From Clostridiales bacterium (GTDB lineage Bacteria > Bacillota > Clostridia > Christensenellales > SZUA-584), in contig JAJUJH010000001.1 in NCBI GenBank assembly GCA_029265435.1, positions 484 to 64,483 of the forward strand: a stretch of 64,000 bases of DNA. Reading direction: 5' to 3'. The translations under genes and the position numbers were made by a program. Below, one piece after another: positions 19,180 through 27,912 of this stretch; the stretch's first letter is position 1, and every line of letters starts with the position of its first letter. Under the pieces are notes generated by a model that was given only the letters and a program-made list of their open reading frames with translations, did no database searches and was not told the origin of the DNA.

Positions 19180-20547
19180 TCAGCGTCTCATATGATGACA
19201 GTAGTGCGACTCGTTCCAAAGCTTATCCGCCGTACCCGCCCAGCACTGCGCGGCATGGACGCATTTTTCCGAAAGCGCGCGCACGTCTTCGGGCGATTGC
19301 ATGTCGGTGGATTTCGCGCCGGATTTTTCGACCATGTCGGTCAACCGTCCCGGGTTGTCGAGCAGCGGGCATGGACGAAGATGGTTCTCGTTAAACGGCT
19401 GGTTTTGATGATATTGCATGAACAAAGGAGACTTCAGCGCTTCAAGCAGCGTCTTCTCTTTGATATTGCTGTCGGCATAATGGATGAAAGCGCAAGGCTC
19501 AATGTCTCCGTTTGCATTGATATGCAGATACGCCCTGCCGCCCGCGATGCATCCGCCCACAAATTCTCCGTCGTTCCAAAAATCCATCGTAAATATCGGC
19601 TTTGTCTTGCGGTATTCGCGGATTTTCCTGAACATGTCGGCGCGCTGCTCCGCCGTCACCATCAAAGAGGGAACGGCGTCTGCACCGACCGGCATATAGG
19701 TAAAGAACCACGCAAATTTCGCGCCTTTTTCGATCATATCGTCAATGAATTTTTCGCTGCCGATATCCTCGCAGTTTTGGCTGGTGTAGCAGCAGGAAAT
19801 GCCGAACAGCAGACGGCGTTCTTTGAGTATGCTCATCGCGCGGGTGACGGCCTTATAAGTGCCTTCGCCGCGCCTTGAATCGGTGGCCTGTTCAAAGCCT
19901 TCCACGCTGATGGCCGGAACGAAATTTTTCACACGCAGCATTTCATCCGCAAAGGCTTCGTCGATCAGCGTGCCGTTGGTAAACGCGAGGAACGAGCAAT
20001 CCGGGTGTTTTTCGCAAAGCGTGATGATGTCCTTTTTGCGCACCAGCGGTTCCCCGCCCGAATAGAGGTAGATGTATACGCCAAGCTCCTTGCCCTGACG
20101 GATGATATCGTCAAGCTGCTCAAGGCTCAGATTGAGCTTGTTGCCGTATTCCGCGGCCCAGCAGCCCGTGCAGTGAAGGTTGCAGGCGGAAGTGGGATCC
20201 ATGAGTATGGCCCACGGCACGTTGCAGCCCTCCTGTTTTGAGAGCCTGACCTGACGCGGCGATCCGATCATGCTTCCGTTGACGACGGCGCCGATCAGCA
20301 GCTTTTCGACAACGCCCTTGTCGATGTCCGTCCAAAAGCTCTTCACGAGTTTATACCAGTTGCTGTTGGTATCGGATATGCTTTCCCTGATCATCCGGAC
20401 CTGATTGACCGTTGTGCCGCCTTTATCGTGCTTCTCCAGCCAGTCAAGCAGCTTGGGGATGTTCTTGTCCGGGTCTTTGCTGATATACGAAACCAACTGT
20501 CTCAACCCAAAAGACTTGATGCTTTCCGATGCCGACTTATATCTCAT
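19180..20547 (-). CDS. Radical SAM enzyme with an N-terminal extension of about 110 aa and a Cys-containing (twitch/SPASM-like) C-terminal region
   Basis: CNLHCTGCW (CxxxCxxC, nt 20161-20184), YSGGEPL, later GGCIAGG...EPCAF...RPCPLLDNP. GGAGGGTG RBS supports the ATG at 20547 (the ORF track starts at a GTG at 20556). Confidence 0.85.
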   Translation of the reverse strand: MRYKSASESIKSFGLRQLVSYISKDPDKNIPKLLDWLEKHDKGGTTVNQVRMIRESISDTNSNWYKLVKSFWTDIDKGVVEKLLIGAVVNGSMIGSPRQVRLSKQEGCNVPWAILMDPTSACNLHCTGCWAAEYGNKLNLSLEQLDDIIRQGKELGVYIYLYSGGEPLVRKKDIITLCEKHPDCSFLAFTNGTLIDEAFADEMLRVKNFVPAISVEGFEQATDSRRGEGTYKAVTRAMSILKERRLLFGISCCYTSQNCEDIGSEKFIDDMIEKGAKFAWFFTYMPVGADAVPSLMVTAEQRADMFRKIREYRKTKPIFTMDFWNDGEFVGGCIAGGRAYLHINANGDIEPCAFIHYADSNIKEKTLLEALKSPLFMQYHQNQPFNENHLRPCPLLDNPGRLTDMVEKSGAKSTDMQSPEDVRALSEKCVHAAQCWAGTADKLWNESHYCHHMRR

Positions 20548-20571
20548 AATATACACCCTCCATGAAATGAT

Positions 20572-20589
20572 ATTGTCTTTTTCGACAAT
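20572..20589. promoter_or_regulatory. Inverted repeat ATTGTC-N6-GACAAT upstream of the radical-SAM operon; candidate TetR operator
   Basis: The palindrome is seen directly, 25-42 nt upstream of the ATG at 20547. Its function is inferred only from position and the TetR gene in the operon. Confidence 0.3.
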
Positions 20590-20731
20590 TATAGAGGGGG
20601 AATTTTGTTATTTCGCCTGACAAAAACGGAAAAACGGCGCTTTTTTGGACACTTTCCGCATTTTGGGCAAAACAATAAGGCCTGCGGCGCTCGGCCGAAG
20701 GCCCTGCGGGGCTGTGTTTATACGATTGACG

Positions 20732-21625
20732 CTAAAAAAGAGGCGTGCTCAGATACTTTTCGCCGCGGTCGGGGAATATGCAGACGATCACGCCGTTATC
20801 AATTTGTTCGGCCACCTTTACGGCCGCGAGCATCGCCGCGCCGGACGACATGCCGACGAATATCCCTTCCTCCCTGACGATGCGGCGCGCCATGTCAAAA
20901 GCTTCTTCCGAATCGATCATGATGGACACGTCGATGATGGACGGATCGTAGATATCCGGTACGATGGCCTCGCTCATGTTTTTGAGACCCTGTATATAAT
21001 GCCCGCGCACCGGATGCGCTTCCACGATGCGGATATCCGGATTGAGCTCCTTCAGCCGCTTGGCCGTGCCCATCAGCGTGCCCGACGTGCCGAGCGCCGA
21101 TACAAAGTGCGTGATGCGTCCCTCGGTGTCGCGGATCATCTCTTCGGCTGTGGTCGAATAGTGCGCGATTTTGTTGTAGCGGTTGGTGAATTGGTCCGGC
21201 ATAAAGTACTTTTCCGGGTTTTGCGCGACAAGCGCGCGCGCCTTGCGTATGGCGCCGTCGGTGCCTTCTTCGGCTGCGGTCAGTATCACTTTGCCGCCGA
21301 AAGCCGCGATCATCTTCTGCCGTTCCACGGATACCGCGCTGCTCATGACGATCTCCACATCATATCCTTTAACCGCGCCGATCATCGCGAGCGCGATACC
21401 GGTGTTGCCCGATGTCGGCTCGATGATGGTTTTGCCGGGGCGCAGCGTGCCTTCGGCTTCGGCCTGCTCCACCATCTTTAAAGCGATGCGGTCTTTGATA
21501 CTGCCGGTCGGGTTGGTCCCCTCGTTTTTTGCATAGATCTCGACGCCGGGCTTCCGGAACAGTCGATTGATCCTCACAAGGGGCGTATTGCCGATCGTGC
21601 TTAAAATATTGCCGTATACGTTCAT
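20732..21625 (-). CDS. cysK: Cysteine synthase A (O-acetylserine sulfhydrylase)
   Basis: IGNTPLVRINRL, NPTGSIKDR (PLP lysine), EPTSGNTGIALA, GTSGT. ATG at 21625 (MNVYGNIL) is preferred over 21664. Confidence 0.9.
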   Translation of the reverse strand: MNVYGNILSTIGNTPLVRINRLFRKPGVEIYAKNEGTNPTGSIKDRIALKMVEQAEAEGTLRPGKTIIEPTSGNTGIALAMIGAVKGYDVEIVMSSAVSVERQKMIAAFGGKVILTAAEEGTDGAIRKARALVAQNPEKYFMPDQFTNRYNKIAHYSTTAEEMIRDTEGRITHFVSALGTSGTLMGTAKRLKELNPDIRIVEAHPVRGHYIQGLKNMSEAIVPDIYDPSIIDVSIMIDSEEAFDMARRIVREEGIFVGMSSGAAMLAAVKVAEQIDNGVIVCIFPDRGEKYLSTPLF

Positions 21626-21746
21626 GATGCCGCCTTCCGTTCCCGAAAATGAAATCTTCTTCATTATAGTTTATATTCGCCGCAATGCAAGTGTGACAGG
21701 CAGCCCGGGCGTTGATAGACGGCGTGCTGCGCTGATTCCGCTGATT

Positions 21747-22418
21747 CTACAGCCATTCGGGACGCGTGAAGATCTCAAGCTCGATTCGCTGTGCGGAAAC
21801 GTCCGGATGCTGCGCAAAGAAGCGCTCAAGCGCTTGCTTTGTGCCGCTGATGTATTTAAGAGGAATGCCGGCCATGTCCGAAAGCGCGTGCACGATCGGC
21901 AGGCCGAGGCTCAGCTCGTCTCCGGTGGTGCCTGCGCCAAGATTGGCATTGAGAATTAATCCGTCGGCGCGAAGACGTGCGTTATCCTGTATGCGCGAGA
22001 GGCTGTCGAAAAGATGCGCGGCATCGCCCTGAAAAGGCCGGTTCGTATTGATGACAAAAAGCACTTCCGTTTCGGCGCGGCAAGCGTCGAATCTGTCTTT
22101 GAGCGTGCCGAGCGCGGATGCGCCCACGGCGTCGCCGCCGCAGTCGAATACGGCATATCCGCCCTGAAACGCAACGAGGATATCGGGCGGAAGCGTCGGC
22201 AGATCTACCGCTGTGTTGGCGTATACGGGCGCAATCACGCGGATGCCGTGCGATTCTAGCAGTTTCCGATGCTCCGACGAACGGAAATACGGATTGACGA
22301 TGTCAAGGTCGATCAGGCAGACGTTGTCGTGCCGTTTGGCAAGCATAAGCGCCAGATTCAGTGACAGCTCCGTTTTTCCGCTGCCGTAGTTGCCGAAAAG
22401 AACGTTGATTTTTTTCAA
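21747..22418 (-). CDS. P-loop NTPase of the MinD/ParA/CooC-like (SIMIBI) type, function unknown
   Basis: Deviant Walker A near the N-terminus (FGNYGSGKTELS), then CLIDLDIVNPYF. 223 aa. Confidence 0.7.
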   Translation of the reverse strand: MKKINVLFGNYGSGKTELSLNLALMLAKRHDNVCLIDLDIVNPYFRSSEHRKLLESHGIRVIAPVYANTAVDLPTLPPDILVAFQGGYAVFDCGGDAVGASALGTLKDRFDACRAETEVLFVINTNRPFQGDAAHLFDSLSRIQDNARLRADGLILNANLGAGTTGDELSLGLPIVHALSDMAGIPLKYISGTKQALERFFAQHPDVSAQRIELEIFTRPEWL

Positions 22419-22428
22419 ATGACACTCC

Positions 22429-24018
22429 TTATGATGGCCGCGCGTATTGGCTGAGTATCGCCTGTGCGCATTTGATGCCGTCTACCGCGGCGGACACGAT
22501 ACCGCCCGCGTATCCCGCCCCTTCGCCTGCGGGAAAAAGGCCGCCGATGCCTTCCGCCGCAAAGTCTGCGCTGCGCGGCAGCCGCACGGGGGACGACGTG
22601 CGGGTTTCCACGCCCGTGAGCACGGCGTCCGGCATCGCAAACCCTTTGAGCTTACGGTCGAAATCCTTAATCCCGGCTTTCAAACCGTCCGCGATGAAAC
22701 GCGGCAGGCAGACGTTCAAATCGGCCGGGACGGCCGCGGGGCGATAAGACGGCATGACGCCGCCAAACCGGCGCGACGGCCTGCCGTCCAGAAAATCGCG
22801 CAGCGTTTGGGCGGGAGCGCCTTCGCCTTTTGCGAGCGCGAAAGCGGCGCGCTCAAGGCGCTGCTGAAAAAGAACGCCGCCCAAAGGGCCGCTTTCAAAA
22901 TCGGCGGGGGAAACGCTGACCACCACGGCGCTGTTGGAATTGACCGCGTCGCGCGCGTAATAGCTCATGCCGTTGACCGCTACGCCGTCCGGCTCTGTCG
23001 CCGAACAGATCACCTCGCCGCCCGGACACATGCAGAACGTATAGACGCCCCTCTCACCCCACCTGGAGGTGAGGCGGTATTCTGCCGCGCCGAGCATCGG
23101 GTGGCCAAAAGCCGCGCCGTACTGCGATCTGTCGATAAATGCCCGCGGATGTTCGATACGTATGCCCGCCGCGAACGGCTTCGGAACGATGACGACGCCG
23201 TTTTGCAGCAGCATGCGGTAAGTATCGCGGGCGCTGTGGCCGATGCAAAGCGCCACCGCGCGCGTTTCGACGGTATGCGGCACTCCGTTTCTGACGTAGG
23301 TAACGCCGGTCACATGGCCGCCGCTGATTTTGAGATCCTCAAGGCGGCTTTCAAAAAGCACCTCGCCGCCGAGACCGATGATTTTTTGAATGAGGCCGGA
23401 CACTGCGGTGCGGATATGTTCGGTGCCGGTATGCGGCTTTGCGTCCGTGAGTATGCCGGCGGGCGCACCGCAGTCCGCAAGCGTCTGCAGAACATACTCG
23501 CTGCGGGGGTCTTTGATGCGTGTGGTAAGCTTGCCGTCGGAAAACGCACCCGCGCCGCCCGCGCCGAAACAGACGTTGCTTTCCGGGTCGAGCACGCCTT
23601 TTTCACGCAGGCGTTCCACATCGGCGGTGCGCGCGGCTACGTCGCGCCCGCGCTCGAGCAGAAGCGGTTTGTAGCCGTGCTTTGCGAGCGTGAGCGCCGC
23701 GAACAATCCGGCAGGCCCCGCGCCCGCCACAACAGGGCGGACAACGGGCTTGGCGCCGTAAACGATGTCCGGCTCAACGTAGGCGGCGGCGCTGCCGTGG
23801 ATGCCCTCGAGCGTTTCTTGGCGGCTCTTGTCATGCAGGTCAACAAGCACCGTCAGCACCAAACGAAGCCGTGCGCGGCGCGCGTCAACGGCCTGCCGTT
23901 TCACACGGAGGCACGCGATTTCCGAAACCGGCACGCCGAGCATCGACGCGGCGGTTTCGCGTATCGTCTGGCCGCCGCTTTCAAGCGGAACGCTGACGCC
24001 GGCGAGTATAATCGACAT
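22429..24018 (-). CDS. FAD-dependent oxidoreductase of the uncharacterised COG2509-type family
   Basis: N-terminal small domain, then dinucleotide-binding VVAGAGPAGLFAALTLAKHGYKPLLLERG, and a C-terminal GLFPAGEGAGYAGGIVSAAVDG motif. Confidence 0.8.
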   Translation of the reverse strand: MSIILAGVSVPLESGGQTIRETAASMLGVPVSEIACLRVKRQAVDARRARLRLVLTVLVDLHDKSRQETLEGIHGSAAAYVEPDIVYGAKPVVRPVVAGAGPAGLFAALTLAKHGYKPLLLERGRDVAARTADVERLREKGVLDPESNVCFGAGGAGAFSDGKLTTRIKDPRSEYVLQTLADCGAPAGILTDAKPHTGTEHIRTAVSGLIQKIIGLGGEVLFESRLEDLKISGGHVTGVTYVRNGVPHTVETRAVALCIGHSARDTYRMLLQNGVVIVPKPFAAGIRIEHPRAFIDRSQYGAAFGHPMLGAAEYRLTSRWGERGVYTFCMCPGGEVICSATEPDGVAVNGMSYYARDAVNSNSAVVVSVSPADFESGPLGGVLFQQRLERAAFALAKGEGAPAQTLRDFLDGRPSRRFGGVMPSYRPAAVPADLNVCLPRFIADGLKAGIKDFDRKLKGFAMPDAVLTGVETRTSSPVRLPRSADFAAEGIGGLFPAGEGAGYAGGIVSAAVDGIKCAQAILSQYARPS

Positions 24019-24042
24019 GTGGCGTTACCTCTTTGACAGATT

Positions 24043-24072
24043 AAAAAGGGACGGCTACCGCCGCCCCTTTTG
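24043..24072 (-). terminator. Rho-independent terminator after cdaR (A-run / stem / T-run, potentially bidirectional)
   Basis: AAAAAGGGACGGC-tacc-GCCGCCCCTTTT. On the minus strand the stem is followed by TTTTTAATC. Confidence 0.6.
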
Positions 24073-24086
24073 TGTATACAGAAAAC

Positions 24087-25346
24087 TCAGTATATCGTGA
24101 CGGTGACGGTGCCGGCGCTGGCCGTAAAGTTCTCTTCCGAAAAGCCCTTCGGAATTTCGAACATGACTTCGACGCTGTATGTGCCCGGCGTGTATCCGTC
24201 AAGGTCCACATACGGCACGATATCCGACCGGCTGAGCCTTGAAACCTCTGAAACGCCCGCCATCACGGTCACATCCACCATCGGATTGCTCAGATCGGCG
24301 TGAAGTCCTGCGGCCAGATCCTTTGTTTTAAGAGCGACGTCTTTATATGTTTTGGTTTTCATCACTTCACGGATTGTGATGTACACCTCGGCCTTTTGGT
24401 TGGTCAATACGGTAACGCCTTCCGGCGGCGCGTATTCCAGCACGACGGCTTCGCTTGCGCTTTTGCCGCTCACCGAATACGGCGTCAGACCGATTTTGCT
24501 GATGCCAGCCAAAACGTCCGCACTGCCCGCTATGGCAACTTTTTGCGGCTTGCACGAGATCTCCGATACCTCGCAGCCCGGCGCGACTTCATCTTGCCCC
24601 ACAATCGAATTCTCCGCATCGACAGGCACCGTTTTCATCGGCAGCACATTCAGCTTGACAATGACCGACGGCAGATCCTCCGTAAACAGACTTTTGTCGA
24701 TCACGTTTCCGTCGGCGTCCAGAAGTTCGACATCCATGTTTCTGCTGAAGCCTTCCGTGAGCCCCGTCAGATCCACGTTGCAGACGGCGCTGGCCACCTT
24801 CTGCACATCGTTGCGCGCGCCCTTCACATCCACCGTTGTGGTCAGTATCTCCGGTTCGCTTGCATAATATCCGTTCGGCACGCTGCCTGTCGTCTTCACA
24901 ATCACGGGAACCTGCTTGGACATATGGTATTCCACATGCACCTTGATTTTGTTCGGGCTGACCTCCAGCACTTTGCCGTCCAGATTCAGCGTTGCCTGAA
25001 CATCGAGCGTATAATCGCCCACGTCGTTGATCCTTGAAAGGTCCACATAGGCGCTGACGTTGTTGACGCTGAGCGATTTGACTTCGCTTTGCTTGACCTT
25101 GACCTTGACGTTGACGCTGTCGAGCAGTTCGGACAGGCTGTTGGATATCTCAAGATCCTTATTGCTCAGATGGCTTATGTCGAGCGTGACGGGTACATCG
25201 GAAACCACTCTGACCCGTTCGGGATTGATGATGGAGATCACATAGCTCCATAAAATAACGGCGAAAAGCACGGCGATGATTTTCATCAGCGTATTGCTCT
25301 TAAAGCCGTCCCATATCCATTTAAGCGCGGTCTTCATTGTGATCAC
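24087..25346 (-). CDS. cdaR: YbbR-domain protein, CdaA regulator
   Basis: N-terminal TM segment, repeated YbbR-like beta domains, and position immediately downstream of (and overlapping) cdaA. Confidence 0.8.
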   Translation of the reverse strand: MITMKTALKWIWDGFKSNTLMKIIAVLFAVILWSYVISIINPERVRVVSDVPVTLDISHLSNKDLEISNSLSELLDSVNVKVKVKQSEVKSLSVNNVSAYVDLSRINDVGDYTLDVQATLNLDGKVLEVSPNKIKVHVEYHMSKQVPVIVKTTGSVPNGYYASEPEILTTTVDVKGARNDVQKVASAVCNVDLTGLTEGFSRNMDVELLDADGNVIDKSLFTEDLPSVIVKLNVLPMKTVPVDAENSIVGQDEVAPGCEVSEISCKPQKVAIAGSADVLAGISKIGLTPYSVSGKSASEAVVLEYAPPEGVTVLTNQKAEVYITIREVMKTKTYKDVALKTKDLAAGLHADLSNPMVDVTVMAGVSEVSRLSRSDIVPYVDLDGYTPGTYSVEVMFEIPKGFSEENFTASAGTVTVTIY

Positions 25347-26211
25347 GTCCTTTTTTGATGATGCGAAGACCTCTGAATTTCTGCGGCTGCTTGTTGATCA
25401 TATAGATGTCTTCCAGCAGATCGCGGATGGCTTTGGTATCGAGATAACGGATCAGCGTTCCGTCCTGCGCCACGGAGATGACTCCCGTCTCTTCGGAGAC
25501 GATGAGCGTCACGCAGTCTGACACCTCGGAAACGCCGAGCGCCGCGCGGTGCCTTGTGCCGAGCTCCTGCCCGATTTGCTTGTTGTCGCTCAACGGCAAA
25601 AAACAGCCGGCGGCCTCGATCACGTCGTCACGGATAATCACCGCGCCGTCGTGCAGCGGCGAATTGGTGAAAAAGAGATTTTCGAGCAGCTCGGCCGATA
25701 TGACCGCGCTTAAACGTGTGCCGCTCTCGATCACGTCTTTGAGCCCTGTTTTGCGTTCAAATACGATCAGCGCGCCCACACGCTTTTTTGAGAGGTTCAA
25801 AATCGCCTTTAGTATGCTTTCCACATTTTCCTGCGCGTTTCCCGACGGCGCCGGCGAAAGGTCGATACGGCCGCGGCCGATACGCGCAAGCGCGCGCCGG
25901 ATTTCCGGCTGGAATATGATCACGATCAGCACTGCGCCGATGTTAAGCACATAGTTTAACAGCCACGTTGTCCCCACAAACCCCAGAAAATCGGTTACCC
26001 AGGTGACAAGAAGAATGATTCCGAGGCCCTTGAGCACCTGAATCGCCCGCGTTTTTGACGTCAGCTTCAAAAGCCAGTAGATGATGACCGCCAAAAGCAA
26101 TATATCGATGAAATCGACTATTTCGAAGTCCGATATGCTGTTGATAATGGCATGAATAATCTGCTCCAAAATATAGTCACCTTTCGAATATCGTTCCGCC
26201 GCGGATGGCAT
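25321..26211 (-). CDS. cdaA: Diadenylate cyclase (c-di-AMP synthase), membrane-anchored
   Basis: Three N-terminal TM helices, then the DisA_N core GALIVFERKTGL...SPLHDGAVII...GTRHRAALG. The long N-terminal extension in the ORF track (to 26421) is implausible. Start is ATG at 26211 or a nearby TTG. Confidence 0.85.
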   Translation of the reverse strand: MPSAAERYSKGDYILEQIIHAIINSISDFEIVDFIDILLLAVIIYWLLKLTSKTRAIQVLKGLGIILLVTWVTDFLGFVGTTWLLNYVLNIGAVLIVIIFQPEIRRALARIGRGRIDLSPAPSGNAQENVESILKAILNLSKKRVGALIVFERKTGLKDVIESGTRLSAVISAELLENLFFTNSPLHDGAVIIRDDVIEAAGCFLPLSDNKQIGQELGTRHRAALGVSEVSDCVTLIVSEETGVISVAQDGTLIRYLDTKAIRDLLEDIYMINKQPQKFRGLRIIKKGRDHNEDRA

Positions 26212-26376
26212 GCTGAAGAGTGTGAGTATACGGTGCCGCCGATTTTTATTATATACGATTATAAAAAAAAAGCATACCCGTATCAATATAATTCCAAAAA
26301 AATTACGTTTTGTGTATGGATGTGGTTTGGCGAAAATAAACCGGCTCTTTCTGCGCATAATCGGAGCGGCATGGCC

Positions 26377-26405
26377 TTGAGCGGCGCGGGTGGCCGGAGT
26401 ATAAT
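26377..26405 (+). promoter_or_regulatory. Sigma-A-like promoter TTGAGC-17 nt-TATAAT directly abutting the UDG start codon (possible leaderless mRNA)
   Basis: -35 at 26377-26382 and -10 at 26400-26405. The ATG at 26412 is only 6 nt after the -10, and there is no RBS. Confidence 0.4.
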
Positions 26406-26411
26406 CATGGT

Positions 26412-26981
26412 ATGTATACAAGCTTTCAAAGCCTTATGGACGATGTGGCGGCCTGCGAAAAATGCGGGCTTAGCAAAACGCGCACGCATACGGTATTCGG
26501 CGAGGGCAATATCCATGCGCCCGTCATGTTTGTGGGGGAGGGGCCGGGGCGCGACGAGGACGAACTGGGCCGTCCGTTTGTGGGGCGCGCGGGGCAGCTG
26601 CTTGATAAGATGCTTGCCAGCATTCAATTGACGCGCAACGACGTTTACATTGCAAACGTGATCAAATGCCGGCCGCCGGGCAACCGCGACCCGGAGCCGG
26701 ACGAAGCGGCGGCGTGTATCGGATACCTGCGGGCTCAGGTGGCGTTTATCAAGCCGCGCATCATCGTCTGCCTTGGGCGCATATCGGCAAAATACATACT
26801 CGGGCAGGATATCCGCATCACGCGGGACCGCGGCGTGTGGCACGAGGCAAAAGGATTTTTTATCATGCCGACGTATCATCCCGCCGCGCTGCTGCGCAAC
26901 GAGCTTCTGAAAAAGGACGCATATCAGGATCTTCTGGCCGTCAGGGCAAAACTTCGGGAGACAGGCGGTTTGACGCGATGA
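26412..26981 (+). CDS. Family-4 uracil-DNA glycosylase (4Fe-4S type)
   Basis: CEKCGL (CxxC), [31 protein letters not shown]...AACIGYL, YHPAALL. All four cluster cysteines are present. Confidence 0.85.
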   Translation: MYTSFQSLMDDVAACEKCGLSKTRTHTVFGEGNIHAPVMFVGEGPGRDEDELGRPFVGRAGQLLDKMLASIQLTRNDVYIANVIKCRPPGNRDPEPDEAAACIGYLRAQVAFIKPRIIVCLGRISAKYILGQDIRITRDRGVWHEAKGFFIMPTYHPAALLRNELLKKDAYQDLLAVRAKLRETGGLTR

Positions 26982-27589
26982 AGCTACACAGCATCAATGA
27001 GGACATCTTTATCGCCGCGGGCGCTTTTCAAAAAACGCGCGGCGACATGGTATTCGGCGAGGGCAACGAAAACGCCGATATCATGCTGATCGGCGAAGCG
27101 CCGGGAGCCGAGGAGACGAGGCTTTCACGCCCGTTTGTGGGCAAGGCCGGCAAGAACCTCGACGCCTTTTTATCTGTGCTTGAGCTGAAGCGAGAAGACA
27201 TTTACATCACAAACGTGGTCAAATTCAGGCCGTACAAAACAAGCGGGAAGGGAACGATTTCCAACCGCCCGCCCGAAAAGGAAGAGCTGACCGCCATGTG
27301 CCCGTTTCTGATACGCGAGATTGAAGCCGTCGCTCCGCGCGTGGTGGTCACGCTTGGCAATGTGCCGCTCAAAGCGGTTTATGGCGCCGGCGCCACGATC
27401 GGAGAAAATCATGCCGTACCGGCGGCCGCCCGCGCGCTGTCGCACCGGTTTATGCTGTTTCCGCTTTACCATCCCGCGAGCATCATATATAACCGTGCGC
27501 TCAAAGCCGTGTACGACGAGGATCTGAAAAAGCTCAAAGCCTTTTTGAACGCAATCGGTGCGGCGGCCCGGCATAAATGCACGCTCTGA
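26978..27589 (+). CDS. Family-4-like UDG paralogue lacking three of the four Fe-S cysteines
   Basis: Internal ATG at 26978 overlaps the upstream stop (ATGA). [45 protein letters not shown]. The first 104 codons of track ORF 26666..27589 are an out-of-frame overlap of the first UDG. Confidence 0.75.
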   Translation: MKLHSINEDIFIAAGAFQKTRGDMVFGEGNENADIMLIGEAPGAEETRLSRPFVGKAGKNLDAFLSVLELKREDIYITNVVKFRPYKTSGKGTISNRPPEKEELTAMCPFLIREIEAVAPRVVVTLGNVPLKAVYGAGATIGENHAVPAAARALSHRFMLFPLYHPASIIYNRALKAVYDEDLKKLKAFLNAIGAAARHKCTL

Positions 27590-27838
27590 CCTTGGACATG
27601 TTACAAAAATATTAAATTGATTCATAAAAGCGTAACAATACGAGCTCGCTTACTTTATCTGCCCTTTTCTTTCATTTTTGGGCTCAAACGAGATTTGCTT
27701 TTTTCCGTGCTTTTTTTGATAATGAATCCAACCATAACGGCTGATATTGGCAACGCCGATGATGCCGGAAACCAAGGCGCTCTTTTACCGAAGAATCAGG
27801 AACCTCCTAACCACGCCCCGTCATCGGGGACGCTCAAC

Positions 27839-27864
27839 CGGCGCGGCAAGCGCCGTTTTTCTTT
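27839..27864 (+). terminator. Orphan rho-independent terminator with no recognisable gene upstream
   Basis: CGGCGC-ggcaa-GCGCCG followed by TTTTTCTTT, 250 nt after the UDG stop. Confidence 0.5.
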
Positions 27865-27912
27865 GATCGGTTTGAAAAAAGGCGTCGCGTCCGGATAAAT
27901 ATGAACGACAAA

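Noticed and set aside
20578-20588. The 11-mer TTTTTCGACAA upstream of the radical-SAM operon, identical to the right end of the three-copy element
   Set aside because: The match is short and AT-rich, and the rest of the element is absent here. It may be coincidence, so it is not called as a fourth copy. It is noted in case a shared binding protein exists.
22447-24036. 529-aa plus-strand ORF mirroring the FAD-dependent protein gene
   Set aside because: Same length and position as the minus-strand gene, but with Arg/Ala/His-rich composition and no recognisable domain. The minus-strand product has the dinucleotide-binding GAGPAG motif.
26666-26977. N-terminal 104 codons of the 307-aa ORF 26666..27589
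   Set aside because: This part overlaps the first UDG gene in another frame and is Arg/Pro/Gly-rich. Homology to UDG begins only at the internal ATG at 26978, which overlaps the upstream stop.
27617-27898. 93-aa plus-strand ORF and a 41-codon minus-strand ORF in the gene-less stretch
   Set aside because: Neither has a properly spaced RBS and start, and neither has recognisable motifs or convincing composition. The region is treated as non-coding or a possible sRNA.
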